From: Sphaerochaetaceae bacterium
Lineage (GTDB): Bacteria > Spirochaetota > Spirochaetia > Sphaerochaetales > Sphaerochaetaceae
Length of the DNA: 64,000 bases
Direction of reading: 5' to 3'
Assembly (NCBI GenBank): GCA_045615505.1
Contig: JAZLEZ010000008.1
Coordinates: forward strand, 12,507-76,506
Shown: in pieces, positions 28,597-38,597 of the stretch
How the letters are laid out: every line of letters starts with the position of its first letter
Numbering within the stretch: position 1 is the first letter of the stretch
Position numbers and translations under genes: made by a program
Notes under the pieces: generated by a model
The model's database searches: none
What the model saw: only the letters and a program-made list of their open reading frames with translations
Told to the model about the DNA's origin: nothing

Positions 28597-28899
28597 TTAC
28601 TTATCCCAGACCATTTCCTTGAGTTTTTTACCGGGACGGAAAACTGCAACTCCATGTGTCTTGACATTTACTATTTCACCGGTTTTTGGATTGCGAGCTC
28701 TCTGCTTACCCTTGCGGACTCTTGTTTCGAATGTTCCGAATCCTCTGAGCTCAATTATCTGACCTTTCTTCATTCCGGCCTTAATTTCTTCAAAAAGAAG
28801 ATCTATTACTTCATGAATATCCGTTCTGTTAAGATTAATCCTATCATGAAGTCTTTCAATTAATTCGGCTTTGGTCAGCTTATCTTTTGTCATATCCAA
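28597..28899 (-). CDS. hup: HU/IHF-family DNA-binding protein
   Basis: 'ELRGFGTFETRVRKGKQRARNPKTGEIVNVKTHGVAVFRPGKKLKE'. The stop abuts the lnt ATG with 0 nt between them. Confidence 0.88.
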   Translation of the reverse strand: MDMTKDKLTKAELIERLHDRINLNRTDIHEVIDLLFEEIKAGMKKGQIIELRGFGTFETRVRKGKQRARNPKTGEIVNVKTHGVAVFRPGKKLKEMVWDK

Positions 28900-28907
28900 G
28901 CTCCTTA

Positions 28908-29165
28908 TTAAGCCATCTTATTGAATTTTGTTGCAATTCTTGACTTCTTTCTGTCAGCTGTATTGCGGTGGATAATTCCCTTGCTTGCTGCAGAATCGAG
29001 CAGTTTTACGCTGAGTTTCATAGCTGTTTCTGCAGCTGCCTTATCATTTGCAGCTACTGCAGTATCAAAACCTTTGATTGCAGTACGGAATGTACTCTTT
29101 GTTTCGCGATTTCTGAGTCTGCTTTCTGCGCTCTGGCGTACTCTCTTCTTTGCGGACTTCTTCAT
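28908..29165 (-). CDS. rpsT: 30S ribosomal protein S20
   Basis: 'MKKSAKKRVRQSAESRLRNRETKS...', all-helical, basic, 85 aa. Confidence 0.9.
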   Translation of the reverse strand: MKKSAKKRVRQSAESRLRNRETKSTFRTAIKGFDTAVAANDKAAAETAMKLSVKLLDSAASKGIIHRNTADRKKSRIATKFNKMA

Positions 29166-29281
29166 TTATGCCTCCGATATATCTCAAGAACGATATAATA
29201 GTATAAAGTAACTCGCCGTAAAAAAGGCGACGTCTGAAACCTTATCACAGACGATAAAACTGGTCAATACAAGATTTTATC

Positions 29282-30367
29282 TCAATTTAACAAAAACTCT
29301 TCGACAAATTTTCTGCTGACTTCCCACCTCTGATTTTTCTCGGAAAACCAGACTTCTGTTCTGGGAACAGTAAGCTCTCCGCCTTCCGGACCCGTAAGAG
29401 AAATTTTTTTTGTCAGGATGTTCATTTCACGGACATAATAGTATTCCGTTCCTATTTTAAGCTTTGTTCCTTCCGGCGGATAAGACGCCTTTTCCTCCAC
29501 ATAAAAGTCATACTCATAACCGAGACAACATAACAGCCTGCCGCAAGGTCCTGAAATTTTCATTGAGTTCAATGAAAGATTCTGTTCCTTTGCCATTTTT
29601 ATCGTAACCGGATTGAGCTTATCGGATACACAGTGACAGCAGAAATCTCTTCCGCATACAGCAAGACCTCCCAGAACTCTGGCTTCATCTCTTACACCTA
29701 TCTGTCTCAGCTCTATTCTCATCTTGAAAACCGAAACAAGATCTTTTACAAGTTCCCTGAAGTCAACTCTGTCTTCAGCCGTAAAGAAAAACAACACTTT
29801 GGGTTCACAGAGGAGAAAATGGGCAGCTACGAGCTTCATATCAAGTTTGTGCTTCTGAATTTTTTCTTTACAGATATCGATTGCATTCTTTTCTTCTTTG
29901 AGATTGTTCTGATAGCGTTGAATCTCTTCCGGTGTTGCCATATGGCTTATCCAGTCAACATCACCGTCAACTTCCACAAGTTCAACTTCAGGTTCGGCAC
30001 TGTCCCAACATTCAGAATCATCATATTCAGAATCTTCTATCGGAAGTTTCCCTTTGTATTGTTCAAATTCAAACTCGGGCATTTCTCCCATTGCCACAAG
30101 CTCAGTATCCTCAAATTCCTGATTCGGATGTCCGAAGTGACATGCTCCGCAAACACATTTTCTGCCGCTTTTATAATTATTCTGTCCGAGTTCTGCCGCA
30201 TTACCTACAACAATCCCCATATCCAGACCGTATTTTGAGGGGAATACAACATGTGTTCCGCTGTAATACTTGCTGTCACTGGCACAAACTGTCAAATCAT
30301 TGTTACCGGGAGTCTTGACCAAATAAATGTATGCCTTCTGTGTTTCAATCTTTTCTGATTTTTCCAT
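29282..30367 (-). CDS. ricT: PSP1-domain protein (RicT/YaaT family) with an acidic, Cys-containing insertion
   Basis: PSP1 block 'DMKLVAAHFLLCEPKVLFFFTAEDRVDFRELVKDLVSVFKMRIELRQIGVRDEARVLGGLAVCGRDFCC...SGPCGRLLCCLGYEYDFY'. Confidence 0.85.
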   Translation of the reverse strand: MEKSEKIETQKAYIYLVKTPGNNDLTVCASDSKYYSGTHVVFPSKYGLDMGIVVGNAAELGQNNYKSGRKCVCGACHFGHPNQEFEDTELVAMGEMPEFEFEQYKGKLPIEDSEYDDSECWDSAEPEVELVEVDGDVDWISHMATPEEIQRYQNNLKEEKNAIDICKEKIQKHKLDMKLVAAHFLLCEPKVLFFFTAEDRVDFRELVKDLVSVFKMRIELRQIGVRDEARVLGGLAVCGRDFCCHCVSDKLNPVTIKMAKEQNLSLNSMKISGPCGRLLCCLGYEYDFYVEEKASYPPEGTKLKIGTEYYYVREMNILTKKISLTGPEGGELTVPRTEVWFSEKNQRWEVSRKFVEEFLLN

Positions 30368-30400
30368 AATCTTCCTACATTTCTATTATTCACAAAATGA

Positions 30401-30504
30401 ATGGTATTTTTCAAGTTTTGATTGAAGTGCAACTTGCAAAACTCCTTTTTAATTCTCAGGCGTTCTTTGATTTATTAAAGTTCGTCTTGCAAGTTGCTCT
30501 GAAC
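30401..30504. repeat. Dispersed repeat, copy B: two units in inverted orientation (hairpin-forming doublet)
   Basis: 30429-30470 is identical to 8360-8401. The reverse complement of 30468-30503 matches 61972-62007 at 35/36. The arms GCAACTTGCAAAAC (30429-30442) and GTCTTGCAAGTTGC (30484-30497) are complementary at 13/14. Confidence 0.8.
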
Positions 30505-30532
30505 ATAAAAAAACCGGAGTCCGTAACTCCGG
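30505..30532 (-). terminator. Rho-independent terminator after rplQ (end of the alpha operon)
   Basis: On the minus strand: CCGGAGT-TACGG-ACTCCGG followed by TTTTTTT. Confidence 0.7.
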
Positions 30533-30573
30533 TCATTCCCCCTCCTTTGAAGGGTCTTGTAAAAAAAGACAGC

Positions 30574-30984
30574 TTATTTAGCTTCCTTCTTTTTTTCTGC
30601 CTTGGCAGCTTTCTTTTCAAACTTTTCAGTTTTCTTAGTAAGCTCAAGGATTGCCATTTCGGCAGCATCGTTAAGACGATTTGCTGTCTTGATGATGCGT
30701 GTGTATCCACCGTTTACCTCTGCATAGAGAGGAGCAATTTCGGTGAACAACTTGTTGACAATTGCTTCATCAAACAGATTTGCAGATGCAATTCTGCGAT
30801 TGTGAACACTGTCAACCTTTGCTCTTGTAATGAGCTTCTCTGCTGCACGCTGGACTTCCTTAGCCTTAACATTGGTTGTCTCGATTTTCTCATAGCGGAA
30901 CAGGCTTGTTACCATGTTTCTCTTGAGAGCCTTGCGTTCAGCACCCTTTCTGCTCAGAGCGTTGAATCCGATTTTATGCTTCAT
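30574..30984 (-). CDS. rplQ: 50S ribosomal protein L17
   Basis: '[37 protein letters not shown]' with a K/E/A-rich C-terminal tail. Follows rpoA. Confidence 0.93.
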   Translation of the reverse strand: MKHKIGFNALSRKGAERKALKRNMVTSLFRYEKIETTNVKAKEVQRAAEKLITRAKVDSVHNRRIASANLFDEAIVNKLFTEIAPLYAEVNGGYTRIIKTANRLNDAAEMAILELTKKTEKFEKKAAKAEKKKEAK

Positions 30985-32038
30985 TGTTCTCTTCCTTGTT
31001 TTCCGGGAACTTTACCGTTCTCAGAACACTGTAATCTGTCATACCGAGTCCAAGGTTCCATTCCTTGAGCTTGTCTTTAATTTCAGTAAGAGATTTTTTG
31101 CCGAAGTTTCTTGTCTTGGCAATCTCCTCTTCCGTCATTGCCGTGAGATCTTTGATAGTGCGGATGTTTGCATTCTTCAAACAATTGCTCGAACGAACTG
31201 TAAGTTCAAGCTCCTCGACTGAAGTATTGAGAATCTTATCAATCTTCTTTTGCTCTTCATCAATCTCTTCATTTGCGCTGACCATACTTTCATCAAAATT
31301 GATGAAAATGGAAAAATGGTCTTTTGCAATCTTTGCTGCTTCTGCAACTGCGTCTTCAGGTGAAATTGTCCCATCAGTCCAAACTTCAAGAATAAGCTTA
31401 TCGTAATCATTTCTCTGACCTACGCGTGTAGGCTCAATTGAATACTTTACGCGTGTAACCGGAGAAAAGATTGCATCAACAGGAATGATACCGGGATTCT
31501 TGTCGTCATCCTTGTCTATCATGTCCTGAATAACATCTGAAGGAACATATCCTCTATTGAAATCTATCTGAACAGAAAGAAGAATGTCTGAATCTTCACT
31601 CATATCAAAGATTTCAAGATCTTTGTTCATTACCTGAACACGATCTTTCTCAAAATCAGCACCTGTAATCTTACCTCTGCCCTTGGCTTCGATTTCAATT
31701 GTTGTTGATTCTATTTCCTCAGGAAGTGTAAGTCTGAGCTGCTTGAGACGGGCAATTATTTCGCAGATATCCTGCTTTACTCCGGGAATAGCTTCGAACT
31801 CACTTGTAATAATGTGTTCACCGGCTTCATCGTAGTAGTGAAACACGACTGCAGTGACAGCATAACCCTGAATAGAAGATAGAAGTACTCTTCTTAAAGT
31901 GTTGCCGATTGTTGTTCCGAAACCTCTTTCAAACGGATAAGCAACGAACTTACCGTAGTTCGGTTCCTGATTTTCAGGCTTCTCTAATACCGGGTACTTC
32001 GGAATCTTAAATCCTTTTAACAGGTTTTTACGTGCCAT
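30974..32038 (-). CDS. rpoA: DNA-directed RNA polymerase subunit alpha
   Basis: ORF 30974..32107. I moved the start to the ATG at 32038 ([10 protein letters not shown]), which has an AAGGAGTGA RBS. Contains '[14 protein letters not shown]' and the C-terminal domain block '[13 protein letters not shown]'. Confidence 0.93.
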   Translation of the reverse strand: MARKNLLKGFKIPKYPVLEKPENQEPNYGKFVAYPFERGFGTTIGNTLRRVLLSSIQGYAVTAVVFHYYDEAGEHIITSEFEAIPGVKQDICEIIARLKQLRLTLPEEIESTTIEIEAKGRGKITGADFEKDRVQVMNKDLEIFDMSEDSDILLSVQIDFNRGYVPSDVIQDMIDKDDDKNPGIIPVDAIFSPVTRVKYSIEPTRVGQRNDYDKLILEVWTDGTISPEDAVAEAAKIAKDHFSIFINFDESMVSANEEIDEEQKKIDKILNTSVEELELTVRSSNCLKNANIRTIKDLTAMTEEEIAKTRNFGKKSLTEIKDKLKEWNLGLGMTDYSVLRTVKFPENKEENNEA

Positions 32039-32119
32039 TCTCACTCCTTGGTAATAACTACCAAATACTTTTTCTATGCAGATATACGATTTCGGGCATA
32101 TCTGCAAGATAAAGAATCA

Positions 32120-32761
32120 TTAACGTGAATACAATTCAACGACCAACTGTTCTTTGACACCTTCAAGCTCTTTTACTTCCTCTCTCTGAGGAACTGCGAG
32201 GAACTGACCTTTCATGTTGTCTGCATCTACGCTGAGCCAAGGCATAACACCGCTCTTTCCTACTTCAAGGAGATTTTCCTTAATGATGAGCATACTCTTG
32301 CTCTGAGCAGCAATTTCAATTGTGTCACCGGCCTTTACCTTGTATGAAGGAATATCAACACGCTTTCCGTTTACGAAAACATGACCGTGACCGACAAGCT
32401 GGGCAGCCTGAGGGCGACTGCATGCAAAATGCATTCTGAAAACAACATTATCAAGTCTTCTTTCAAGAAGGGCGATGAGGTTATCACCTGTCTTTCCGGA
32501 CATTCTGCTTGCTTCATCGAATGTCAGCTTGAACTGCTTTTCAAGCATACAATAAATTCTCTTAAGCTTCTGCTTTGCGCGAAGCATCAATGCATAGTCT
32601 GTAGGCTTTTTTGCACGAGCTTTCGGATCTCTTCCGGGAAGTCCGCATTCTGCCGGATTATTCATCGGGCATTTTGCAGAAAGACATCTTGAACCCTTAA
32701 GAAAAAGCTTGGCTCTTTCTGCTCTGCAGTATCTGCATTTTGGTCCTGTATATTTAGCCAT
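32120..32761 (-). CDS. rpsD: 30S ribosomal protein S4
   Basis: 'MAKYTGPKCRYCRAERAKLFLKG' plus an S4 RNA-binding domain. Confidence 0.93.
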   Translation of the reverse strand: MAKYTGPKCRYCRAERAKLFLKGSRCLSAKCPMNNPAECGLPGRDPKARAKKPTDYALMLRAKQKLKRIYCMLEKQFKLTFDEASRMSGKTGDNLIALLERRLDNVVFRMHFACSRPQAAQLVGHGHVFVNGKRVDIPSYKVKAGDTIEIAAQSKSMLIIKENLLEVGKSGVMPWLSVDADNMKGQFLAVPQREEVKELEGVKEQLVVELYSR

Positions 32762-32781
32762 AATCTAGTCTCTCCTAATCA

Positions 32782-33159
32782 TCAGATTCTTCTGGTCTTT
32801 CTAGGTCTGCATCCGTTGTGAGGAATAGGCGTAACATCACGAATGGACTTTACCTTGATACCAAGTCCGCCAAGAGCACGAATAGCTGACTCGCGTCCCT
32901 GACCCGGACCCTTTACATATACATTCACTTCACAAAGACCATAGTCCTGAGCCTTCTTTGCAGCTGTTTCACAGGTTGTCTGTGCTGCATAAGGAGTTGA
33001 CTTCTTAGCACCACGGAAACCGAGTCCGCCTGCACTTGCCCAAGAGAGAGCATTACCGTTGAGATCGGTAAATGTAATAATTGTATTGTTGAAAGTTGCC
33101 TGAATATAGACATTTCCTTCGAATACAGTTTTTTTAGCTTTATGTTTTACTGTTGCCAT
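32782..33159 (-). CDS. rpsK: 30S ribosomal protein S11
   Basis: '...[46 protein letters not shown]'. Confidence 0.95.
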   Translation of the reverse strand: MATVKHKAKKTVFEGNVYIQATFNNTIITFTDLNGNALSWASAGGLGFRGAKKSTPYAAQTTCETAAKKAQDYGLCEVNVYVKGPGQGRESAIRALGGLGIKVKSIRDVTPIPHNGCRPRKTRRI

Positions 33160-33175
33160 ATTCTACACTCCCTCA

Positions 33176-33550
33176 TCAACCTTCTGCCTTCTTCTTGCCG
33201 GCAATGGTCTTCTTCTTTCCCTTACGGGTACGGGCGTTAGTTTTAGTTCTCTGACCACGCACAGGAAGACCCTTTCTGTGTCTGAGACCGCGGTAACAAC
33301 CGATATCCATAAGTCTCTTGATATTAAGCTGAGTCTGTGTGCGAAGTCTTCCTTCAACAACATAGTCATTCTCAATAACCTTACGAAGCTCTGCTAGAAC
33401 ATCAGATGTGAGTGTGTTAATCTTGTCATCAGGATTAACATTACACTTCTTACAGATTTCCTCTGCTGATGTTTTTCCGATTCCGTAGATATATGTCAAA
33501 GCAATTTTAGTAGCCTTGTTAGGTAAATCTACACCTGCAATTCTTGCCAT
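33176..33550 (-). CDS. rpsM: 30S ribosomal protein S13
   Basis: '[25 protein letters not shown]'. Confidence 0.95.
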   Translation of the reverse strand: MARIAGVDLPNKATKIALTYIYGIGKTSAEEICKKCNVNPDDKINTLTSDVLAELRKVIENDYVVEGRLRTQTQLNIKRLMDIGCYRGLRHRKGLPVRGQRTKTNARTRKGKKKTIAGKKKAEG

Positions 33551-33565
33551 TAAAGGCCTCCTGAA

Positions 33566-33679
33566 TTATTTCTGTCTCTGCTTGTGTTTCGGATTCGAAC
33601 ACACAATGCGGACTACACCGTTTCTTCTAATAACCTTGCATTTATCACACATAGGTTTAACACTTGCTCTTACTTTCAT
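33566..33679 (-). CDS. rpmJ: 50S ribosomal protein L36
   Basis: Too short for the ORF track. Hand translation gives [37 protein letters not shown], between secY and rpsM. Confidence 0.9.
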   Translation of the reverse strand: MKVRASVKPMCDKCKVIRRNGVVRIVCSNPKHKQRQK

Positions 33680-33692
33680 AATCAGCTCCTAA

Positions 33693-35024
33693 TCATAAAT
33701 TTTTGGATTTGATTTTCTTAACACCCATGAAACCATCATGATGGTGCATCTTCATAACTGATTCAATAGATTTAAGTATGTCAAGCTCACAACCGACAAG
33801 GATGATGAGTGATGTTCCTCCGAACAGCATTGCAACTGATGAAGGAAGTTTGAAAATCAACTGAACCAATGTAGGAATCAATGCAATGAAGGCTAAGAAT
33901 AGAGCTCCCGGAAGAACTATACGGTTAAGTACTTTTGTAAGATAGTCTTCAAGCTTCTCACTTCTGACTCCCGGAACACTTCCTCCGTTATCTCTGATCT
34001 GTTTTGACATCTCTATAGGGTTAAGAGATACCTGGGTGTAGAAGAATGCAAAGGCAACAATCAAGATGGTGTAAATAATAAGATAAGGGGCACCTTGAGG
34101 ATTAAGCCAATTTGCAAATGACTGCAACCATCGAACATTTGATCCTAATGCACCTGCAATCTGCAGAGGGAATGATAGGATGGCAGAAGCAAAGATTACC
34201 GGAATAACACCGCTAGGGTTAATCTTGAAAGGGATATATGAGCTCTGAGCACCGTACATCTTTCTTCCGACAACACGCTTTGCATAGTTAACGGGAATCT
34301 TTCTCTGGCCTTCCTGCTCGCAAACAACAAGAGCAATGACCATTAATAACATTACAAAAACAACAGCAATGGCAATCCAGCTGATTGTTCCGGCATTTGC
34401 TCCTTCTATCATAGCTGTAATACCTGACGGAATTCTTGCAACAATACCGGCAAAGATCAGAAGTGAGATACCGTTTCCGATACCGAACTGCGTAATCTTT
34501 TCACCGAGCCAAATCAATGTCATTGAACCTGCTGTTACAGTAAGCATTGAAATAAGTGTGAAAGGCACCAGCTTGATTGTAATAATGTGAAAACCATAGC
34601 TCTGAATGCTCTTGGCATAAACCGTTACTACAAAAGACTGGAGCAAACAAACAACGATTGTACCATATCTGGTAAGTTTCTGAATCTTTTTTCTTCCTTC
34701 AGCATCACCGGCCCACTTCTTGAGAGTGGGAATGATAAGCATAAGAAGCTCAACAATAATCTGCATTGAAATGTAAGGCATTACACCCAATGTAAATAAA
34801 GAGAAGTTTGAAAAAGCTCCACCTGAGAAAAAGTTCAGATATTCTGTAAGTCCAATATTTGAAGACTGACTCTGATACATAAAGTAGTTCTTGAGATTAA
34901 CAGGATCTACTCCGGGAACAGGGATTACTGTTCCGATTCTTGTTACAATCAGCAAACCGAGAGTAATAAGAATCTTTTTCTTGAGGTCTTCCATTTTCAA
35001 CATATCGGAAATGGTGTTTGACAT
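33693..35024 (-). CDS. secY: Preprotein translocase subunit SecY
   Basis: 10-TM profile with 'GVMPYISMQIIVELL' and 'GNGISLLIFAGIVA'. Lies at the end of the spc operon. No adk, map or infA follows. Confidence 0.93.
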   Translation of the reverse strand: MSNTISDMLKMEDLKKKILITLGLLIVTRIGTVIPVPGVDPVNLKNYFMYQSQSSNIGLTEYLNFFSGGAFSNFSLFTLGVMPYISMQIIVELLMLIIPTLKKWAGDAEGRKKIQKLTRYGTIVVCLLQSFVVTVYAKSIQSYGFHIITIKLVPFTLISMLTVTAGSMTLIWLGEKITQFGIGNGISLLIFAGIVARIPSGITAMIEGANAGTISWIAIAVVFVMLLMVIALVVCEQEGQRKIPVNYAKRVVGRKMYGAQSSYIPFKINPSGVIPVIFASAILSFPLQIAGALGSNVRWLQSFANWLNPQGAPYLIIYTILIVAFAFFYTQVSLNPIEMSKQIRDNGGSVPGVRSEKLEDYLTKVLNRIVLPGALFLAFIALIPTLVQLIFKLPSSVAMLFGGTSLIILVGCELDILKSIESVMKMHHHDGFMGVKKIKSKNL

Positions 35025-35039
35025 CTTAGCCTTCCTTGT

Positions 35040-35471
35040 TTATTTAACCTCACCACCAGCAGCCTTGATTTTTTCTGCAGCTGCCGCTGATACCTTAAGT
35101 CCTTCAATTGTGACTTTCTTTGAGATTTCGCCGTTTGCCAAAATCTTGGCTTCCGTTGCAAATCCCTTTACGACACAACGATCTTTAAGAGCCTGAAGAG
35201 TAACTGTCTCTCCATCCTGAAATGCTTCGCTGATTACATCAAGTGAAACAGCAATGTACTCTTTCTTGAACGGATAGTTTGTGAAACCTCTTCTGGCAAC
35301 ACGACGGTACAAAGGCATCTGACCGCCCTCAAAACCGGGACGAACACCACCACCTGAACGTGAGTTCTGACCGTTCATACCTCTTCCACAGAATCTGCCT
35401 TTTGAGCCATATCCGCGACCTACGATGGTCTTGTTTTTTGTAGCACCTTCTGGTGCATGAATCTGTGCCAT
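35040..35471 (-). CDS. rplO: 50S ribosomal protein L15
   Basis: ORF 35040..35486. I moved the start to the ATG at 35471 (MAQIHAPEGA), which has a GGAGAT RBS. Contains 'GRGMNGQNSRSGGGVRPGFEGGQMPLYRR'. Confidence 0.92.
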   Translation of the reverse strand: MAQIHAPEGATKNKTIVGRGYGSKGRFCGRGMNGQNSRSGGGVRPGFEGGQMPLYRRVARRGFTNYPFKKEYIAVSLDVISEAFQDGETVTLQALKDRCVVKGFATEAKILANGEISKKVTIEGLKVSAAAAEKIKAAGGEVK

Positions 35472-35472
35472 A

Positions 35473-35667
35473 TTAGATCTCCTCAACCTTTACCATGTGT
35501 TCTACAACGCGAATCATTCCCATTGTGACAGGACTTGCGTCTTTTACAACACTGCTGTGAATCTTACCAAGGCCAAGAGCTTTAATTGTTGCTCTCTGCT
35601 TAGGAAGTGTTGCAGCAAGACCTTTAATCAGTTCAATACGAACCTGACCAACATTTTCCTTTGCCAT
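35473..35667 (-). CDS. rpmD: 50S ribosomal protein L30
   Basis: '...VRIELIKGLAATLPKQRATIKALGLGKI', 64 aa, between rpsE and rplO. Confidence 0.9.
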   Translation of the reverse strand: MAKENVGQVRIELIKGLAATLPKQRATIKALGLGKIHSSVVKDASPVTMGMIRVVEHMVKVEEI

Positions 35668-35670
35668 AAA

Positions 35671-36192
35671 TCACCCCCAGAAATCCTTGATACTCTTTCC
35701 TCTTAAGCCAGACAGTTGTTTGGCCGAGAAAAGATGATCGAGTCCGTCAAATGTAGCTTTAACAGTATTTATAGTATTCTTCGAACCCAGTGACTTACTG
35801 AGAACATCCTTAATACCACATGCATCACAAACGGCACGAACTGCACCACCTGCGATAACTCCGGTACCAGGAGCCGCCGGCTTAAGAAGAACACTTGCAC
35901 TCTTGAAGTTTCCGAGTATCTCATGAGGAATGGTATCTCCTTTGAGATGAATGTCGTGCATTGCCTTCTTTGCTGCTTCCGTAGCTTTGCGGATTGCATC
36001 GGTTACATCATTGGCCTTGCCCATACCGTATCCAACCTTTCCCTTCTGATCACCTACAACTACGAGAGCTGCAAATGACATACGGCGACCGCCTTTAACA
36101 GTTTTTGAAACACGATTAAGCTTAATCAGTTTTTCAATGAACTCTTTCTCAGGTCTCTGGTTGTCTCTGTCTTTTCTATCTTTTCTTTCCAT
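35671..36192 (-). CDS. rpsE: 30S ribosomal protein S5
   Basis: ORF 35671..36240. I moved the start to the ATG at 36192 (MERKDRK), which has an AGGTGG RBS just after the rplR stop. Contains 'LNRVSKTVKGGRRMSFAALVVVGD'. Confidence 0.92.
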   Translation of the reverse strand: MERKDRKDRDNQRPEKEFIEKLIKLNRVSKTVKGGRRMSFAALVVVGDQKGKVGYGMGKANDVTDAIRKATEAAKKAMHDIHLKGDTIPHEILGNFKSASVLLKPAAPGTGVIAGGAVRAVCDACGIKDVLSKSLGSKNTINTVKATFDGLDHLFSAKQLSGLRGKSIKDFWG

Positions 36193-36202
36193 ACTTACCA
36201 CC

Positions 36203-36562
36203 TTAGAACTGTACACCGGCTTTTCTTGCGCCGTCGGCAATAGCCTTTACGATTCCGTGGTACAGATAACCGTTACGGTCAAAGACTACGGTTTTGATTC
36301 CTGAATCCAGGCATCTCTTTCCTACAGCCTCTCCGAGCTTTGCAGCACCTTCGACATTATTGCGAAGATCCTTGAACTCTTTCTCTACTGTACCAGCACT
36401 AGCCAGTGTCTTGCCTGTTGTATCATCAATAACCTGAACATACATATGAAGGTTACTTCTGAAAACAGACATTCTGGGTCTTGAAGCAGTTCCGGAAATA
36501 GATTTTCTGATATGAACTCTTCTTCTAGCATACTTTCTGTTTTTATCTGCAATTCTATTCAT
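36203..36562 (-). CDS. rplR: 50S ribosomal protein L18
   Basis: '...RPRMSVFRSNLHMYVQVIDD...GYLYHGIVKAIADGARKAGVQF'. Confidence 0.93.
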   Translation of the reverse strand: MNRIADKNRKYARRRVHIRKSISGTASRPRMSVFRSNLHMYVQVIDDTTGKTLASAGTVEKEFKDLRNNVEGAAKLGEAVGKRCLDSGIKTVVFDRNGYLYHGIVKAIADGARKAGVQF

Positions 36563-36574
36563 ATCTCAAACCCC

Positions 36575-37114
36575 TTAAGCTCTACCGGCCTTACCGCTCT
36601 TGGCGCGTACATATTCATTCTCATATCTTATACCCTTGCCCTTATAAGGTTCAGGCTTTCTGAGACTGCGGATTTCAGCTGCTGTCTGACCGACAAGCTG
36701 TTTATCAATTCCCTCAATGACAATCTTGTTTGGACCATCAAGAGAAATCTTTACTCCCTCAGGAACGACAAATTCGATATCATTTGCAAAACCGAGTGAA
36801 AGGAGAAGAATCTTATCCTTGAGTTCAACCTTATATCCGACACCGATGATTGTAAGAACCTTCTTGTAACCTTCCGAAACACCGACAATCATGTTTCTGA
36901 CAAGCTGTCTCATGAGACCATGAGCTGCTTTTGTAGCCTTTTCTTCGTTGGCTCTTGTTACAACAATCTGTTTCTCACCGACTTCAACTGCAATATCTGC
37001 ACAGATGTTTGTTGTGAGTTTTCCCTTTGGTCCTTCAACGGTAACGATTCCGTCTTTTACGGATGCCTTGACTGTCGTAGGCATATCAATTGGTAATCTA
37101 CCTATACGAGACAT
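36575..37114 (-). CDS. rplF: 50S ribosomal protein L6
   Basis: 'MSRIGRLPIDMPTTVKASVKDGIVTVEGPKGKL'. Confidence 0.94.
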   Translation of the reverse strand: MSRIGRLPIDMPTTVKASVKDGIVTVEGPKGKLTTNICADIAVEVGEKQIVVTRANEEKATKAAHGLMRQLVRNMIVGVSEGYKKVLTIIGVGYKVELKDKILLLSLGFANDIEFVVPEGVKISLDGPNKIVIEGIDKQLVGQTAAEIRSLRKPEPYKGKGIRYENEYVRAKSGKAGRA

Positions 37115-37124
37115 AGCTTCCTCC

Positions 37125-37523
37125 TTACCAAATAGTACAGATCAGCTCACCGCCGACCATCTGTTCTGTAGCCTTCTTACCTGTAATAACACCGCAAGAA
37201 GTTGAAACAATTACGATACCATAGCCGTTGAATACACGTGGCATTTCTCTGTAACCGGCATAAACACGCCTACCGGGAGTTGATACTCTCTTGATACCGT
37301 GAATAACAGGCTGCTGAGCATCATCATACTTGAGGAATACTCTGAGATATGTTGCACCGTCTTTGGTAACTTTCTTAAAATTCTTAACATAGCCTTCATT
37401 CTTCAAAATCTTTACAATTTGAAGTTTGAGCTTTGAGTTAGAAATATCTACTTTTTCATGCTTTGCCTGACTAGCATTTCTAATCTTAGTCAGCATATCA
37501 GCAACAGGATCACTTACTGCCAT
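37125..37523 (-). CDS. rpsH: 30S ribosomal protein S8
   Basis: ORF 37125..37541. I moved the start to the ATG at 37523 ([17 protein letters not shown]), which has an AAGGAG RBS. Confidence 0.93.
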   Translation of the reverse strand: MAVSDPVADMLTKIRNASQAKHEKVDISNSKLKLQIVKILKNEGYVKNFKKVTKDGATYLRVFLKYDDAQQPVIHGIKRVSTPGRRVYAGYREMPRVFNGYGIVIVSTSCGVITGKKATEQMVGGELICTIW

Positions 37524-37534
37524 TTTGCTACTCC

Positions 37535-37720
37535 TTACCAACTAGATTTGGTTACGCCAGGAATCTGACCTTCGCTTGCCAGCTTTCTGAAACAATGTCT
37601 GCACATATCATACTTGCGAAGATATCCGCGGGGTCTTCCGCAGATTTTACAACGATTGACAGATCTTGTACTGAACTTAGGCTTTCTCTGAGCCTTGATA
37701 ATCATTGATTTTTTTGCCAT
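37535..37720 (-). CDS. rpsN: 30S ribosomal protein S14, short Zn-ribbon (type Z) form
   Basis: 61 aa with '[22 protein letters not shown]'. Confidence 0.93.
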   Translation of the reverse strand: MAKKSMIIKAQRKPKFSTRSVNRCKICGRPRGYLRKYDMCRHCFRKLASEGQIPGVTKSSW

Positions 37721-37731
37721 AGTCCGACTCC

Positions 37732-38286
37732 TTATTTGCTGAACGGCATACCGAGCTTCTTGAGCAGGGCAAAGCCTTCTTCGTCGGTACGGGCTGTTGT
37801 TACAATAGCAACATTGAGTCCGCTGACACGAACGATTTTATCAAAATCAATCTCAGGGAAAATAATCTGTTCAGTAATTCCCAAAGCATAGTTGCCGTGG
37901 CCATCAAATGCATTAGGCTTAACGCCTCTGAAATCTTTAACACGAGGAAGTGCAATGCAGATGAGTCTCTCGAGGAAGTACCACATATTGTCTCCTCTGA
38001 GAGTAACCATAGCGCCGATTTCCATTCCTTCACGGAGCTTGAAGTTAGCAATAGACTTTCTGGCCTTTGTCTTAACAACATGCTGTCCTGTGATTTGCTC
38101 GAGTTCTTTGACTGTTGCATCAAGATACTTCTTGTCTGTGATTGCTTCGCCGACACCGGCACTTACAACAATTTTTTCCAGAGCAGGAATCTGCATCTTT
38201 GTTGTGTAGTTGAACTCTTTGAAGAGAGCAGGAGCTACTTCTTCAAGGTACTTTTTCTTAAATATAGGAACAAATTTTTCACCCAT
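37732..38286 (-). CDS. rplE: 50S ribosomal protein L5
   Basis: '...[21 protein letters not shown]...[10 protein letters not shown]'. Confidence 0.94.
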   Translation of the reverse strand: MGEKFVPIFKKKYLEEVAPALFKEFNYTTKMQIPALEKIVVSAGVGEAITDKKYLDATVKELEQITGQHVVKTKARKSIANFKLREGMEIGAMVTLRGDNMWYFLERLICIALPRVKDFRGVKPNAFDGHGNYALGITEQIIFPEIDFDKIVRVSGLNVAIVTTARTDEEGFALLKKLGMPFSK

Positions 38287-38588
38287 CAGATTTCCTCTCC
38301 TGTCTTCTTTGCAAAACGGACTTTCTTTCCGTTTTCTGTTTTGTAACCAAGCTTTGATGTCTTACCGTCTTTTGTGACGATTGCAACATTGGATACATGG
38401 ACAGAAGCTTCAACTTTCTGAATACCGCCCTTATCCTGCTGGTTTTTCTTTTTCATGGTCTTTGAAACCATGTTTGCACCCTGAACGAAAACTCTTTCAT
38501 TCTCTGTGTCAACCTTAATGATCTTGCCGGTAACACCTTTATCTTTTCCGGCAATAATCATGACTGTGTCATCTTTCTTCAGTCTCAT
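38286..38588 (-). CDS. rplX: 50S ribosomal protein L24
   Basis: '[23 protein letters not shown]' (KOW motif). Confidence 0.94.
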   Translation of the reverse strand: MRLKKDDTVMIIAGKDKGVTGKIIKVDTENERVFVQGANMVSKTMKKKNQQDKGGIQKVEASVHVSNVAIVTKDGKTSKLGYKTENGKKVRFAKKTGEEI

Positions 38589-38597
38589 ACTCTTCTC

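Noticed and set aside
29633-30318. Plus-strand ORFs of 201 aa and 128 aa.
   Set aside because: They are antisense to the conserved PSP1/RicT coding frame, are Phe/Ile/Cys-rich and carry no motifs. They are shadow ORFs.
30397-31068. A 223-aa plus-strand ORF starting in the ricT-rplQ spacer.
   Set aside because: It begins inside the repeat element and continues antisense through rplQ and rpoA. There is no RBS, and it is an artefact of the low stop-codon density opposite highly expressed genes.
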